In this document: in pieces, positions 23,828-36,404 of the stretch
Numbering within the stretch: the first letter of the stretch is position 1
How the letters are laid out: the number at the start of each line of letters is the position of its first letter
Source of the DNA: Chiloscyllium plagiosum
Lineage: Eukaryota
Length of the DNA: 64,000 nucleotides
NCBI RefSeq assembly: GCF_004010195.1
Contig: NC_057746.1
Location: 22,812,989 to 22,876,988, forward strand
Reading direction: 5' to 3'
Program-made: the position numbers and the translations under genes
The notes under the pieces: generated by a model
What the model was told of the DNA's origin: nothing
What the model saw: the letters and a program-made list of their open reading frames with translations, nothing else
Database searches by the model: none

Positions 23828-24375
23828 TTAACCAGTGAGCAGTGTGAGTGATTCCCCATTTTTACCAGTTAGGTTATTACAGGGACTGAAGATGGGAAAG
23901 AGTTTCTCGACGAATGTGTCACTGAAAGTGTACAGGTGAGACATGTTATCAGCATTGTAAAATACCAACTCTCCTCCTTCATAGTCCAAGTAAACACCCA
24001 GCTTCCAAGGCTTCACTTCAACAGAAATAGTGGTACTTTCTACAGTTGACGCTCGATAATCATTCTCATTAAACAAACTCATAACCCAGTATCCTTCCGT
24101 AGTTAAAGGTAGGAAGGCTCCCTTCCTCCTGGAAGACTCTCCACAGACACCTACAACCCACTGGATCTTGTTTCTAAGATCTACCTCCCAGTAGTGAATC
24201 CCTGATGTGAAACCTTGTGAGCTCAAAACATACAGGTATTCATCAAATCGTTCCGGTGTATCAGGAAGATCTTCCTCTTCTCGCTCTGCGTTGCTGTGCT
24301 CCACACTCCTCAGGTCCTCAGAAATGATGAGTTGATCATTTGCTGTATTTGGGTCCAGGGTGAGAGACTCTGGGA
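23828..24375 (-). CDS. TRIM gene A (TRIM39/TRIM69/A33-like E3 ligase), last exon: PRY-SPRY (B30.2) domain
   Basis: Acceptor TTGTCTTCCAG| (phase 1); motifs LTLDPNTA, PERFD, GFTSGIHYWEV, GVYLDYEGGELVFYN, LFPIFSP; stop TAA at 23828-23830; AATAAA on - at about 23717-23722. Confidence 0.96.
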
Positions 24376-24552
24376 CTGGAAGACAACCCAAATGGGAAGC
24401 CATTATATAAGAGAAACATGTCTGATTTGGGATATGCATATAGACGGTGGGGGCTACTCAGCAGTTTCCTCAGCCCAGGAACAAGGAGATCTCAGGGATA
24501 AGTATGTGAGGCACTTCTCCACATTCCCTCAGCTCCATTTATTTAAAATAGC

Positions 24553-24848
24553 TAGATTAGATTACTTACAGTGTGGAAACAGGCCCTTCAGCCGAACATG
24601 TCCACACCGACCCTCCAAAGAGCAACCCACCCAGACCCATTCCCCTTCACCTAACACTACGGGCAATTTAGTATGGCCAATTCACCTGACCTGCACATCT
24701 TTGGACAATGGGAGGAAACCGGAGCAAACCCACGCAGACACAGGAGAATGTACAAACTCCACACAGACAGTTACCTGAGGTGGGAATTGAACCTCAGTCT
24801 CTGGCGCTCTGAGGCAGCAGTGCTAACCACTGTGCCACCGTGCTGCCC
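24553..24848 (-). mobile_element. HE1-type SINE, full length
   Basis: Reverse complement of the 22943-23265 element; AGATTAGATT tail. Confidence 0.92.
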
Positions 24849-27049
24849 GTTCCAATACAGTTAGGATCAGTGTGACCTCTGTCTTTCCAGACTCAGAGCC
24901 CAGTCTGTTATATTCAACCATTTTGAACAGTTCCAAGGCTAGCAGTTTTCCAAATCACGAGACTTCTCAGGTTTAAAAGGACAAGGCTGAAAGTAATATT
25001 AGTGCACTGAAAACAGCACCAGCAATAGAGAACTACCAAGTGAACATTGTTGGCATTTAGAAGGTATGACTGAGGACACAAAATGCAGAATACTTGACTT
25101 CTGGCTTCCCTTTGCTTGCCACTGTGCTACCTGGCTAATGTCTCTGTTTCAGTCTTGCTACAGTGCTCCAGCGAAGCTCAATGTAGAATGGAATCACAGC
25201 AACTCATTTTCCACTTGGGAACTCGACAGCCTTCTGGAGTCAGTATTGCATACGATAATTTTAGAGTCTGAGCATCTTCTCCCATGTCGTTGCCCCAACC
25301 CCTTCATACCAAGACCTGTCATCACGTAACCCACTAACACATTGTTAGCCATTAGTGGCCCCCATTGAGCAGCTAGTGCTTCTCTCAGGCTGTCCTTTAC
25401 CCATTCTTTTGTCTGTCCAGCTATTTTTCTCTCCCTTCCTGAGCTCCTTTGGTACATAACATTTACTCCTCTCCCTCCCTCCATCCACCCCATCTTCAGC
25501 ATAAATACCAACCATTTTCTAGCTATAATCATTCTGAAGTAGTGCCACTGGTCCTGAAATAACTCTTTCTCTCCAGAGATGCTGAGTTTTTCCAAAAAGT
25601 TTGTTTTTTGTTTGAGAAGACATGGTTGAATGGGATTGAAGAGTGAACGGTCCAATTTCCATCAAGTCGCAATTGAGAGGTTGGAAAGGTGTTAATAATT
25701 CCACTTAGCCCACAGGGCCAAATAATCTCTCAGATCTCTCACATCACCCCTTGTTTTTGAAGGATATTTTAGGATGCACCGAGACCTGTCTAGTGATAGG
25801 CAAGTTCCAACGCATTTCAACTGGATCTTCTCACCTGCAGCGATTCACATTAAGGCTGAATAGCAAGGCATTTCTTCGAACCATCAGCCATGTTCAGTTG
25901 ATAGATCCCTCGCTTTTGAGAAAGAACATTCTGTCCCTTCAGCATGTTGGTCTTTCAGCCGGTGTGGTAGTCTCCCAACCTGTTTGGCAGTTGTTCAGTT
26001 GGGCATGGCCTCAGTGTGGACCTCCAGCCTCGAAGTGAAGCCGATTGCAGTCAGGAGTCAAGGTTGGTGTGGACAGGAGGCTAAATGCCAGCGTGAGCAG
26101 GGTTGCAAGGACTGTTGTTCTGAGCTTTTTATTTCTCTATTGTCTAACTTATGATCTGTAATGCTGGGCAGTTTATTTATTTATTTTTCCAATTTTTTTT
26201 TTCCCCTCACAACTTGTCTTGAAGAATCTGCACCTTGGTACTATGTACCAAAGATGGTGCCATCAGTGGCGACTTGTAAACTTTTTACTGTACATGTGAC
26301 AATAAAGCTAACCCAATTCAATATGTGCACTCATACACCATGAACACCCTCTCCCACGTATATTATGTGCAAAAGCTTGGGTGTCAAACCTGGCTAAGCA
26401 TTGCCACACTGAGTTCAGAAGTCCTGGGTGTAGGTCCCACTCTCTAGACTTGTGCATAAAGTTTAATCCAAGTCTAACAGCAGGGCAATATTGAAACAGT
26501 GCTGACCCATTACTGCTGCTGTTTTCCAATCCATTAACGGTGCTATATTTTCTGCCTTGCTCTAAACATCATAATTTGAAGAAGTGTGATTTTCAATGCT
26601 GTCTCCTCATCGATACGGTAAAGTCTAATTTAATGCACAGAGATTCATGAGCCCCATCAATTTGAGGAGACAAATTCATGGGTCTTAAACGTCCTGTAGA
26701 TTTCCCAAGGTTCTAACATAGGCACCAGTGCTACCATAGAGACAAAAAACATGTCTAAACAAAAACACACCTAACAACCTAATTTTCTTCTTTCTGGCCA
26801 GGTTGACGCATCAGGCAGATAGTACAGACCCAAGGATATTCACTAGAATAAAACAAAGAACTGCAGGTGCAGGAAATCTGAAACATTGCTGTGGGTCTGG
26901 AGTTACATGTAGGCCAGCCAAGATAAGGATGGCAGATTTCCTTCTGCAAAGCGTATCAGTGAACCAGATGGGTTTTTACAACAGTCAACAATAGTAACGT
27001 GGTCATCATTAGACTAGGATTTTTACTTCAGTACTTTGATATTTATTCA

Positions 27050-27312
27050 ATTCCCACCTCGGGCAAATGTCTGTGTGGAGTTTGCACATTCTCTCCGTGT
27101 CTGTGTGGGTTTCCTCCGGGTGCTCCGGTTTCCTCCCACAGTCCAAAGATGTGCAGGTTAGGTGAATTGGCCATGCTAAATTGCCCGTAGTGTTGGGTGA
27201 AGGGGTAAATGTAGGGGAATGGGTCTGGGTGGGTTGCTCTTCGGAGGGTCGGTGTGGACTTGTTGGGCCGAAGGGCCTGTTTCCACACCGTAAGTAATCT
27301 AATCTAATCTAA
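27050..27312 (+). mobile_element. HE1-type SINE, 5'-truncated
   Basis: V-domain plus (TAATC)n tail. Confidence 0.9.
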
Positions 27313-27564
27313 TTAGTTCACCACATGAGCACTTTTCCTGCAAACTGTGAAAAGAGTTGCTACATGACGCAAAGTATGTGCAGCAGATTTTCAAACTTGC
27401 CACACGAGGCATCAGATAGCCCCCTCATTCCTGCCACTCATCACAGAGGCCACCCAATTATCACTGCTGCTGAATTGAATGGAAGGGTGACTATTCCACC
27501 CCCTTGCTCATCAACAGCTGAGCAAAGTGAAGGGGATGCTGCAAGAGGCTACTCTGACTCTTAC

Positions 27565-27683
27565 CTGGCTCAATCATTCTCCTCATTCCCTTCCACACTC
27601 TGAAAAACTGGAAGGGCTCACCGAAGATCTCCATGGTCATTTCAACATCAGTTTCCTCTGGTAGCTTGGCTCGGTTTTCGCAT
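27565..27683 (-). CDS. TRIM gene A, coding exon 5 (119 nt, linker)
   Basis: TTTTCCCCAG| ... |GTAAGA; CENRAKLPEE...GEPFQFFRVWKGMRRMIEP; phases 2 and 1 fit both neighbours. Confidence 0.92.
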
Positions 27684-27764
27684 CTGGGGAAAAGAGTTTG
27701 ATCTGCATGAGCAGCAAAAGCAACAAAAGCAAAGGGTAAGTGCACAAACTGAGAGGGAACGTAC

Positions 27765-27787
27765 CTGGTGAGAAAGCCCTTAACATC
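27765..27787 (-). CDS. TRIM gene A, coding exon 4 (23-nt micro-exon, DVKGFLTR)
   Basis: TTTATTTAG|GATGTTAAGGGCTTTCTCACCAG|GTACGT; a 23-nt exon at this position is typical of class IV TRIM genes. Confidence 0.9.
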
Positions 27788-27881
27788 CTAAATAAAGAGA
27801 AAATAAACAGAACAGGAATTAATATCAAGACAAGCATAACTCCACAACGAAGCACACTCTTTCTTTCACTTTAGTTACTAC

Positions 27882-28115
27882 CTTGAGAAACTCTGCTGCC
27901 TCAGTTATTTTTAATCGTGCTTGTAACTCTGAGATGAGCTGCTCATTGATCGAGACTCCATCATTAAGTGCTCCAATGTATTCCTCCAATCTCTTTAACA
28001 TATTGTCCTCTTCTTGTCTCAGTTTTGTTCTCATGATCTCTTCTTGTTCATTCAGGAAGTTGTGCATCTTTTCAAACTCTTTTTGAATTGTGTCCATCAG
28101 CTGGTCTGCTTGTGC
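27882..28115 (-). CDS. TRIM gene A, coding exon 3 (234 nt, coiled coil)
   Basis: CTGTTTCAG|AQADQLMDTIQKEFEKMHNFLNEQEE...AAEFLK|GTAGTA. Confidence 0.94.
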
Positions 28116-28927
28116 CTGAAACAGAGAAAACACCAGTCCCAGTGAACATTCAGAAGAAGGCAGTGCAAAGGGTTCTCGCCTTGTTATGATCTGAAATTCA
28201 CTGTCTCCAGGACAGGGGGAACTGCTTCGATGAGCAGAGGAATAGGACTGAGCATGTGGCTCTTTCAAAGAGCCACTATGGGCTGAATGGTTTCCACTGT
28301 ACTCTGAGAGGTTAAAAACAGGGTTGCATAACACCCATATTTCAGGCTGCACTGTGCATACCGGAAGCATATGCACACTTGCAAGAAGTTCATGAACTGG
28401 ATTAGCTTAGCAATATGTATATACTGTCAGGGTCTGTAAGAAAGGGCAATAAATAATGCCTTGCTAATTTTGCCTATAGTCTATAAATAGCTGTGTCTCA
28501 AAGTCTAAGGGAAAAAAGCGGCATCATCAGTCCAGAGGCTAAGACACAGTCAGTCAGATGCTTGGGTGGTCAAAGTCTGGAGAATGGGTTCCAGGCACTC
28601 TTGCCAGACCAGAGCATCCAGACAAGGGATCAGTGGCAAATTAGTGAATTATTTTTTTAAAAATTCCAATGATCAAAGGTCTAAAATATTACATCTGGTT
28701 CTGTCTGCACAGATCCTACCAGACTCATTAATTCCAACATTTTTTATCTTTGTTTTGAAGTTTTGGCCAATATTTCATCTTTTCAAACATTTTTATTGCC
28801 CTGGATTTCAAGTTCAAGTAGAAGTAGCATTCCAAGAACAACTACAGAGGGACAAAAAAAATCGCAGTCTGGCTATACTGTGAGAATGACCTTTTTAAAA
28901 TGAACACTGGAATTGTTTTATTTTTAC

Positions 28928-29023
28928 CTTTAGTTCTTCCATTTTTGCCTCTTGCTTCTCTTTGTTTTCAATCATGTCCTTAATTTCCCAATCCAACAAA
29001 TCCAAACATGCTTGGAATGCTTC
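28928..29023 (-). CDS. TRIM gene A, coding exon 2 (96 nt, coiled coil)
   Basis: TGTTTCAG|EAFQACLDLLDWEIKDMIENKEKQEAKMEELK|GTAAAA; canonical 96-nt TRIM exon, not shown in the ORF track. Confidence 0.92.
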
Positions 29024-29245
29024 CTGAAACATTTAGTGCATTTTAGTAATATGAACGAATCAGACTGAGTGTGATTCATGAAATAAACAGATGTTATCAG
29101 ATAAGTCAATAATGTGACGGTCACTGAAATACCTTTGAGTTGGGATCTAAAAAATTTCCTTCGGAAGAACCTTAGATTATTTCAATAGCACATATACATG
29201 TATATGGCTATAGTCATTGGGGTACCTCATAAACATAACCAGATA

Positions 29246-29847
29246 CAGAGGAACCTCAATTATCGAAACATCAATTATCCGAAAATTGGATTATCTGAAG
29301 GAGATGTCAAGGTCCTGTTAGAAACATTACATCAAAGACATGTTTCCAACACTGATCAGTTTTTGTTCACAGTGATTAAAAGTGAACTCTTATTGAAATG
29401 CTGCCAAGAACAATCCTGGACATCAATGGGAGCCTAGGCACCATCTCCAAGGGACTGACCTCCCACCCTCTCTCTGTCTCCCCACACTTTCCCAGGAGTT
29501 CTACACAGGGGTGTACCCTAAACCCTACTTCCACAGAAAATCTCTCCAACATTGTCCTGTACAAGGCAAAGGTGGAACCTGTCAAAAGGTTTCAATAAAA
29601 AGTTGTGCGTGTGTACTATTTGGGGCGGGCAATTTTCGACAAGGTTGGGAGTGGGCGGAGGTCGGATGGGAGGGATGGTGTTGGACGGGGTTGGGGTTGG
29701 GGGCTCGCACGCGGTGTGCTGCTGCCTCGTCTCCTGAACAGGAAGCGGACTTAACAGAAAGCTCTGAGCCCCAGAGGAAAGGCATTGAATCAATTAACCG
29801 AATAATCAATATCCACCCATCTCGTTCGAATAATCGAGGTTCCTCTG
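29246..29847. mobile_element. Non-autonomous Tc1/mariner (Tigger/pogo-like) DNA transposon, MITE
   Basis: Terminal inverted repeats CAGAGGAACCTCAATTAT / ATAATCGAGGTTCCTCTG, with TA target duplication on both sides (29244-29245 and 29848-29849). Confidence 0.88.
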
Positions 29848-29929
29848 TACAAGTTCCTCTATACACATGGGGGTTATCTCATATATGCTCATTGACTCAT
29901 AACCAGGCAAAGAAACACCTGATTTACAT

Positions 29930-30130
29930 CGTTAAAAATCACACAACACCAGGTTATAGTCCAACAGGTTTAATTGGAAGCACACTAGCTTTCGGAGCGA
30001 CGCTCCTTCATCAGGGGAGCGTTGCTCCGAAAGCTAGTGTGCTTCCAATTAAATCTGTTGGACTATAACCTGGTGTTGTGCAATTTTTAACTTTGTACAC
30101 CCCAGTCCAACACCGGCATCTCTGAATCTG
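29930..30130. mobile_element. Palindromic Penelope-derived element (family 2)
   Basis: GTTAAAAATCACACAACACCAGG...CCTGGTGTTGTGCAATTTTTAAC inverted arms; related copies at 33880-34110, 34480-34540 and 35145-35780. Confidence 0.8.
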
Positions 30131-30289
30131 ATTTACATAGGCAGAGACTGCGGTACTTCGCATTCAAGCTAGACAGTAGAATGCCCAATATGTATGGCTT
30201 GACATTAGAAAGTCAAATGTATATACTTAAATATTGGAATATGTTTACAGAAAGAAAACAATCCATACCTAGCTGGATTCTGAAATTCT

Positions 30290-31735
30290 CCATTATGGTG
30301 GCTACGCACAACAGTCCATCTTCCGTTGTTACACCTGCACCACTCCCCACCTCTTCCTCTGCTACATTGATGACTGCATCTGTGCCACCTCGTGCTCCCG
30401 TGAGGAGATTGAACAGTTCATCAACTTCACCAAAACATTCCACCCCAACCTTAAATTCACCTGGACCATCTCTGACACCTTCCCCCCCTTCCTGGACCTC
30501 TCCATCTCCATCAATGACGGCCAACTTGACACTGACATTTTTTACAAACCCACTGACTCCCACAGCTACCTGGATTACACCTCTTCCCACCCTACCTCCT
30601 GCAAAAATGCCAGCCCATATTCCCAATTCCTCCATCTCCGCCGTATCTGCTCCCAGGAAGACCAATTCCACCACAGAACACACCAGATGGCCTCCTTTCG
30701 AGACCGCAATTTCCCTTCCCACATGGTTGAAGATGCCCTCCAACGCATCTCATCCACATTCCGCACCTCCGCCCTCAAACCCCACCCCTCCAACCATAAC
30801 AAGGACAGAGCCCCCCTGGTCCTCACCTTCCACCCTATCAACCTTTGCATTAACTGCATCATCCGCCGGCATTTCCGCCACTTGCAAATGGACCTCACTA
30901 CCAGGGATATATTTCCCTCCCTACCCCTTTCCACAAAGACCGTTCCCTCCATGACTATCTGGTCAGGTCCACGCCCACCAACAACCCACCCTCCCCACCT
31001 GGCACCTTCCCCTGCCACCGCCGGAATTGCAAAACCTGCGCCCACACCTCCTCCCTCACCTCCATCCAAGGCCTCCAAGGAGCCTTTCACATCTATCAAA
31101 GTCTCACCTGCATATCCACCAATGTCATTTATTGTATCCATTGCTCCCGATGCAGTTTCCTCTACATTGAGGAAACTGGAAGCCTTCTCGCATAGCGCTT
31201 TAGGGAACATCTCTGGGACACCCGCACCAATTAACCCCACTGCCTGTGGCCCAACATTTCAACTCCGCCTCCCACTCTGCTGAGGGCATGGAGGTCCTGG
31301 GCCTCCTCCACCGTCATTCACCCACCACCTGACGCCTGGAGGAAGAAGCCTCATCTTCCGCCTCGGAACACTTCAACCTCAGGGCATCAATGTGGACTTC
31401 ACCAGTTTCCACATTTCCCCTCCCCCCACCTTACCTCAGTTCCAACCTTCCAGCTCAGCACCATAACCGGTCCTACCTGCTAATCTTCCTTCCCAGCTAT
31501 CGGCTCCACCCTCTTCTCTGACCTATCACCTTCATCCCCACCTCCATCCACCTATTGTACTCTTTGTTACCGACTCTCCATCCCCACCCCCCTCGCATTT
31601 ATCTCTCCATCCTGGACTCTCCCTGTCTTCAGTCCTTCAGCATCCTGTTCCTCGGATGTTGCCTGACCAGCTGTGCTTTTCCAGCACCACTCTAATGTAG
31701 ACTCTGATTTCCAGCATCTGAAGTCCTCATTTTTG
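30290..31735 (+). mobile_element. Penelope-like retroelement, 5'-truncated (RT C-terminus and GIY-YIG), frameshifted
   Basis: Frameshifted CYIDDC, LKFTW, PFLDL, KPTDSHSYLDY motifs; MASFRDRNFPSHMVEDALQRISS...PLVLTFHP; 3' tail GCTGTGCTTTTCCAGCACC. Confidence 0.92.
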
Positions 31736-31957
31736 CCAAATATTCCAACAGCTAACCACTGGAGTATTCTATTTACATAGCTAAAGCTGGGAGTACTCCA
31801 CATACAAGGCTCAACACAGGCATATCTCACGTACAAGGCTAAACCCCTTGGATGGCCTATAAAAATGCTGATACCTGTACTGGGTCCTCCTTCATATATA
31901 ACTTGACACTGAGTTACCCTACATGCGAGGCTAGATATTGAAAACCTCACACCCAAA

Positions 31958-32020
31958 CTATATAAATATATATTATATATATATATGTATATACACACAC
32001 ACACATATATACATATATAT
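31958..32020. repeat. (TA)n/(CA)n microsatellite
   Basis: Seen directly. Confidence 0.9.
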
Positions 32021-32421
32021 GATGATAATCAATGAGGTCACTGCTGATCTTGACACTGACTGTTACTCCTTAACCTGTAACACATTTGGTAAATGAGAAC
32101 CTATAAACCTCAGTTTTAAATTTAATCTACTCCACTAGTTCCTTTTAATAACTTGGAAACTCTGATCCCATCCTTCTCACCTCTCCTTCTTTCTCCGCGC
32201 CTATCTCTCCCCTCCACTTCATGCTTATTTTTTCCTCTTTTATCCCCCCAAATTTCCCTTGTTATATTTCCTCCCTCCTCCTTACCTCAGCTGTAACTCC
32301 TCTTCTGACCCGTTTACCATCTCTCACCCTTAATTCAGTGAACAAACTCTCCCTTGTTCACATGTCTTCACTCTCACAGTCATACCACCTACTCTGTGCC
32401 ACTTGAACAGTGATTGTCTAC

Positions 32422-32832
32422 CTTGTATTTGTGGGATGCCTCTTTTAAAGTAGTCACATCATGTGTTTCATGCTCTGAACTCCAGCAGTCCACACAGATT
32501 ATTTCCTCCTCTTCTTCACAGAACAGTTTCAGCTTCTTCTCATGTTCCTCACAGTAAGACCCGTTCTCTCGCTCTGTCACCTTCGCCTTCAGCTTTCTGA
32601 ACTTCTCCACAACACTGCTCAGGGTCCGAGCTGGCCTGATGTTCTTCTGACTGAAGACCTGCCGACACTCAGGGCAGGAAACATCTCCTGTCACCTTCTC
32701 CCAGCTCTGGGAGATGCAGGACCTGCAGTAATGATGCTCACAGTCCAGAGACACCGGGTCGGTGAATACCTCTAGGCAGATGGGGCAGGTCAGTTCATGG
32801 GTAAGATCCCCCAGCTCTTTTGCAGTTCCCAT
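32422..32832 (-). CDS. TRIM gene A, coding exon 1 (C3HC4 RING and B-box 2)
   Basis: MGTAKELGDLTHELTCPICLEVFTDPVSLDCEHHYCRSC...CPEC...CEEH...LFC...CVDC...HETH...YK|GTAGAC. The six exons (411+96+234+23+119+548 nt) splice into an open 476-aa frame. Confidence 0.96.
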
Positions 32833-34844
32833 TTTACAGCTTGTTCTTCTTCTGTCTTTTCTGAACTTTAAATTCTGATTCTTAAACGCATTCACGCCCC
32901 TTCTTAAAAATCACATGATTCAAGATTGTGAACACAATAATGTTTCTCTGGTGAATCATTAGCATTGAACTATTTGGCAAGCAGTCAAATTTAGACAGGA
33001 AATATATCTCAAAACATGTTTTACTTATTTTAGATTGAGATAATGACGGAAATATAATTGAAACAATACGTGGTTTAACTATTCACTTTCATCCAAATAT
33101 TTCTCAAAACTTACCTCTGACCAAAGTTACGGTCATCCATCCGAACATATCTTTTTTGGCTCCATGTCAACTTTTGTTTGATATCTGTACTGTGAGAAAT
33201 CTCAGACATTTCAATAAGTTAATGCTGTTGTTGTTCTTTGAGACTGTCCAGGCATGGATTCAAGTGGAAATTTGTTCAACTCCTTCTGCACGTATGACCA
33301 TTTAATCACTTCTGCCCTTCACTCAACCTCACTTTTAATTTTTTTATTAGCTCCGTACAGATATTTTGAATCAACTTGTTCCAATCAAACTGATTTCTTA
33401 CAATTCTTTTTCGTTAAGTGGCAAAATTGGAGATGCAGCATCTGGAAGGTCATTAAATTTGAGTTTGGAGTAATCTACAAACAATGACAGACATCAACTC
33501 TAAAGAAGAGTTCCATATAGGTATCTCATTCGAGATGATGTCCTTTACAGGATGATTTAATTCGGAACTGTAAGTCTTCTGACCCTTTGCAGGTATCTTA
33601 GCAACCTTGTTAGTATCTGTTATAAAAATTATAATGCAGTTCTAGAAACTCTTATGGCAATTAGTCCATGCTTGAAGTTCTTTTAAATTTGTTCATGGAT
33701 TGGGGGTTACCAGCTGAGCCAATATTTATTGCCCATCACGAATTGTTCAGAGGGCAGTTATGAGTCAACCACATTGCTGTTGTTCTGGAGCACATGTAGG
33801 CCAGCAGATATCCTTCTCTGAAAGACATCAGTGACCCAGATAGTTTCATGACAATCATTAGGCAAGTTTTTTTATTCCAACTTAAAAATCACACAACACC
33901 AGGTTAAATTCCAACAGGTTCATTTGGAAGCACTAGCTTTCGAAGCGCTGCTTTTTTATCAGGTGGTGAAGCCTGCTGAAGGAGCAGCACTCCAAAACCT
34001 AGTGCTTCCAAATAAACCCGTAGGACCTGGTGTTGAGTGATTTAGTAATATGCTTAAGTGATTTTTTAACTTTGTCCAACCTAGTCCAACACTGACTCCT
34101 CCAAATCATTCCAAGTATTTATTAAATCCTAATTTCACCATCTGCCATGGTGGAATTTGAATGTATGATCAGCGATTACTGTGTTTTTGGCTAAGATTTT
34201 GGACTGTTAGCATAGTGACATTAAAGGTAAGGTAAGGTTGCCATAGTTTTACCAGACCAAAGGACTGGTCTCTCATTAGTGAGATAACTGGAGGTGGTTT
34301 AACCTCAGGGTCACCACACCCAGGCAAAGGAAGAGAATGAACAGGAGAGTACTTCAATGATAACCTCAGTTGGTGCAGCAATTGAACACACACTATAGGT
34401 GGCTCTCTACATCGTAAACTTCCATCCAGCCAACTGAGCTAACCAACTCCCAAGAACATCACCACCTTCCCAATTATAAAGTTAAAAATCACACAACACC
34501 AAGTTATAGTCCAACAGGTTTAATTGAAAGCACACTAGTTCTATCAAAATTTCAGCATGGCACCATGTTAGAAACAGGAATCAGTTCGGCAGGACGTCCT
34601 TAGTGACAGGAGGTGGTACCACAGGGCAATGCCCTTCGTAGCAGCAAGTGATCTCACCCACCGTGGTACCCTCAGGGATGTATTGCTATTGGGACATGGC
34701 AGTTATTAGTACTGCAGCATCCTGGTTGCAGACATGGAACCCACCAACACAACAAGAGACAGAATAATTTGGCGGCAAGGGGCAAAACTAGAGCGCCCTC
34801 AAGGGGTTTGGAAGAAGTTGTTACCTCCAGCACCATTCAATGAG

Positions 34845-35822
34845 AGGGTACTGCAGCGCCTTTAGTGATTGGGAGCGGTACTGCAGCATGTTTCACGGTT
34901 GGGAGCGGTACCGCAGCGCCTTTGGCGGTTGGGAGCGGTACTGCAGGTACCTTTGATGGCTGGGAGCAGTACTGCAGGCACCTTTGGCGGTTGGGAACGG
35001 TACTGCAGCGCGTTTCACGGTTGGGAGTAGTACCGCAGCGCCTTTGGAGGTTGGGAGCGATACTGCAAGCACCTTTGACAGTTGGGAGCGGTACCGCAGC
35101 ACCTTTGGAGGTTGTGAGCGGTACTGCAAGCGTCTTTGGGGGTTATGATTTGGAGATGCCGGTGTTGGACTGGGGTGTACAAAGTTAAAAATCACACTCT
35201 GCACTCACTACACACACACACTTTCTCACACTCACAACCCCCACCCTAGACAGACACACACACAGACAAAGACCCACATGCACACATATATTTTGTGGGG
35301 TGAATTTGTACTTGCAGAGTTACATTGCACTTTGCTGAAAAACTGCATACNNNNNNNNNNNNNNNNNNNNNNNNNNNNNNNNNNNNNNNNNNNNNNNNNN
35401 NNNNNNNNNNNNNNNNNNNNNNNNNNNNNNNNNNNNNCCAACAGGTTTAATTGGAAGCACACTAGCTTTCGGGGCGACGCTCCTTCATCAGGTGATTGTG
35501 GAGGGCTCGATCGTAACACAGAATTTATAGCAAAAATTTGCAGTTGATTTACACATGAAAGAAGTGAAACTATCACTGTATTCTAACAGATGAAAGGCTT
35601 AACAGACAATCAATTTTTCAATGTATAATTTCAGTTACATCACACTGCAAATTTTTGCTATAAATTCTGTGTTACGATCGAGCCCTCCGCAATCACCTGA
35701 TGAAGGAGCGTCGCTCCAAAAGCTAGTGTGCTTCCAATTAAACCTGTTGGACTCTCACCTGATGGTGCGTGATTTTTAACCTTTGGCGGCTGGGAGCGGT
35801 ACTGCAGGTGCTTTTGGCGGTT
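34845..35822. repeat. GC-rich 30-31 bp minisatellite (GAGCGGTACTGCAGCGCCTTTGGCGGTTGG), about 10 units plus 1, split by a Penelope-derived insertion
   Basis: Units run 34845-35143 and resume at 35781-35822. Confidence 0.92.
35145..35780. mobile_element. Penelope-derived element (family 2) with long inverted arms, spanning an N-gap
   Basis: GATTTGGAGATGCCGGTGTTGGACTGGGG end; 35439-35550 is the reverse complement of about 35640-35750. Confidence 0.8.
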
Positions 35823-35824
35823 GT

Positions 35825-36370
35825 TTAGGGGGGGGGGATGGGATAAAACCGCCCTCAGGGGAACACGACCGCGACCTTAAATGGGGGAAAGAGAGCGATT
35901 TGAGGTTGGTGAAGTATAAACAGGCGGGGGCTGGAGAGGGGAGGGGGGTCAATGTGGGGAAAATGAAAGTGAAAATTCCTTTTCCCTCCCGCGGGGCTGA
36001 AGCAGAGGGAAAAAAATAAACTGGGATTTTAAAATCCTCCCGAGAAAGTTCTCCATGTCCCGCTGCCGAAACTCAGCAAGTTGGAGCTGTGAAGTTTTCT
36101 TTTTTGTTGTTGTTTGGTCGAGGCCGAGCGTCGGCACAAACCACTCTTGGTCCTCCTGTTGGAAACTTCTCTCTTTTCTTTTTATTTCACTGTAAGAGTC
36201 GGAATGAAATCGGCCGCAGTTTTTAAGGAGCTACTGTCTATTAAAATAGGGAACCCGGGTTGGGGGGGGGAGGTAAAAAGAAAATCACCCTTTGCCCTAA
36301 ATATTACCACTTTTTTTTTGTTTAAACGGCAGCGTCTTCGAAACGCACTAAACTCCTGAAACTGAACTTG
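35825..36370. promoter_or_regulatory. CpG-rich promoter-like region between the divergent TRIM genes, with an ISRE/IRF element
   Basis: CpG-dense non-repeat sequence, GC box (AGGCGGGGG at 35922), GAAAATGAAAGTGAAAA at 35959-35975, possible + strand donor CACT|GTAAGA near 36191. Confidence 0.6.
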
Positions 36371-36404
36371 GGAAGGTCACCCCCCCCCCAAACAAAATCC
36401 TTTT

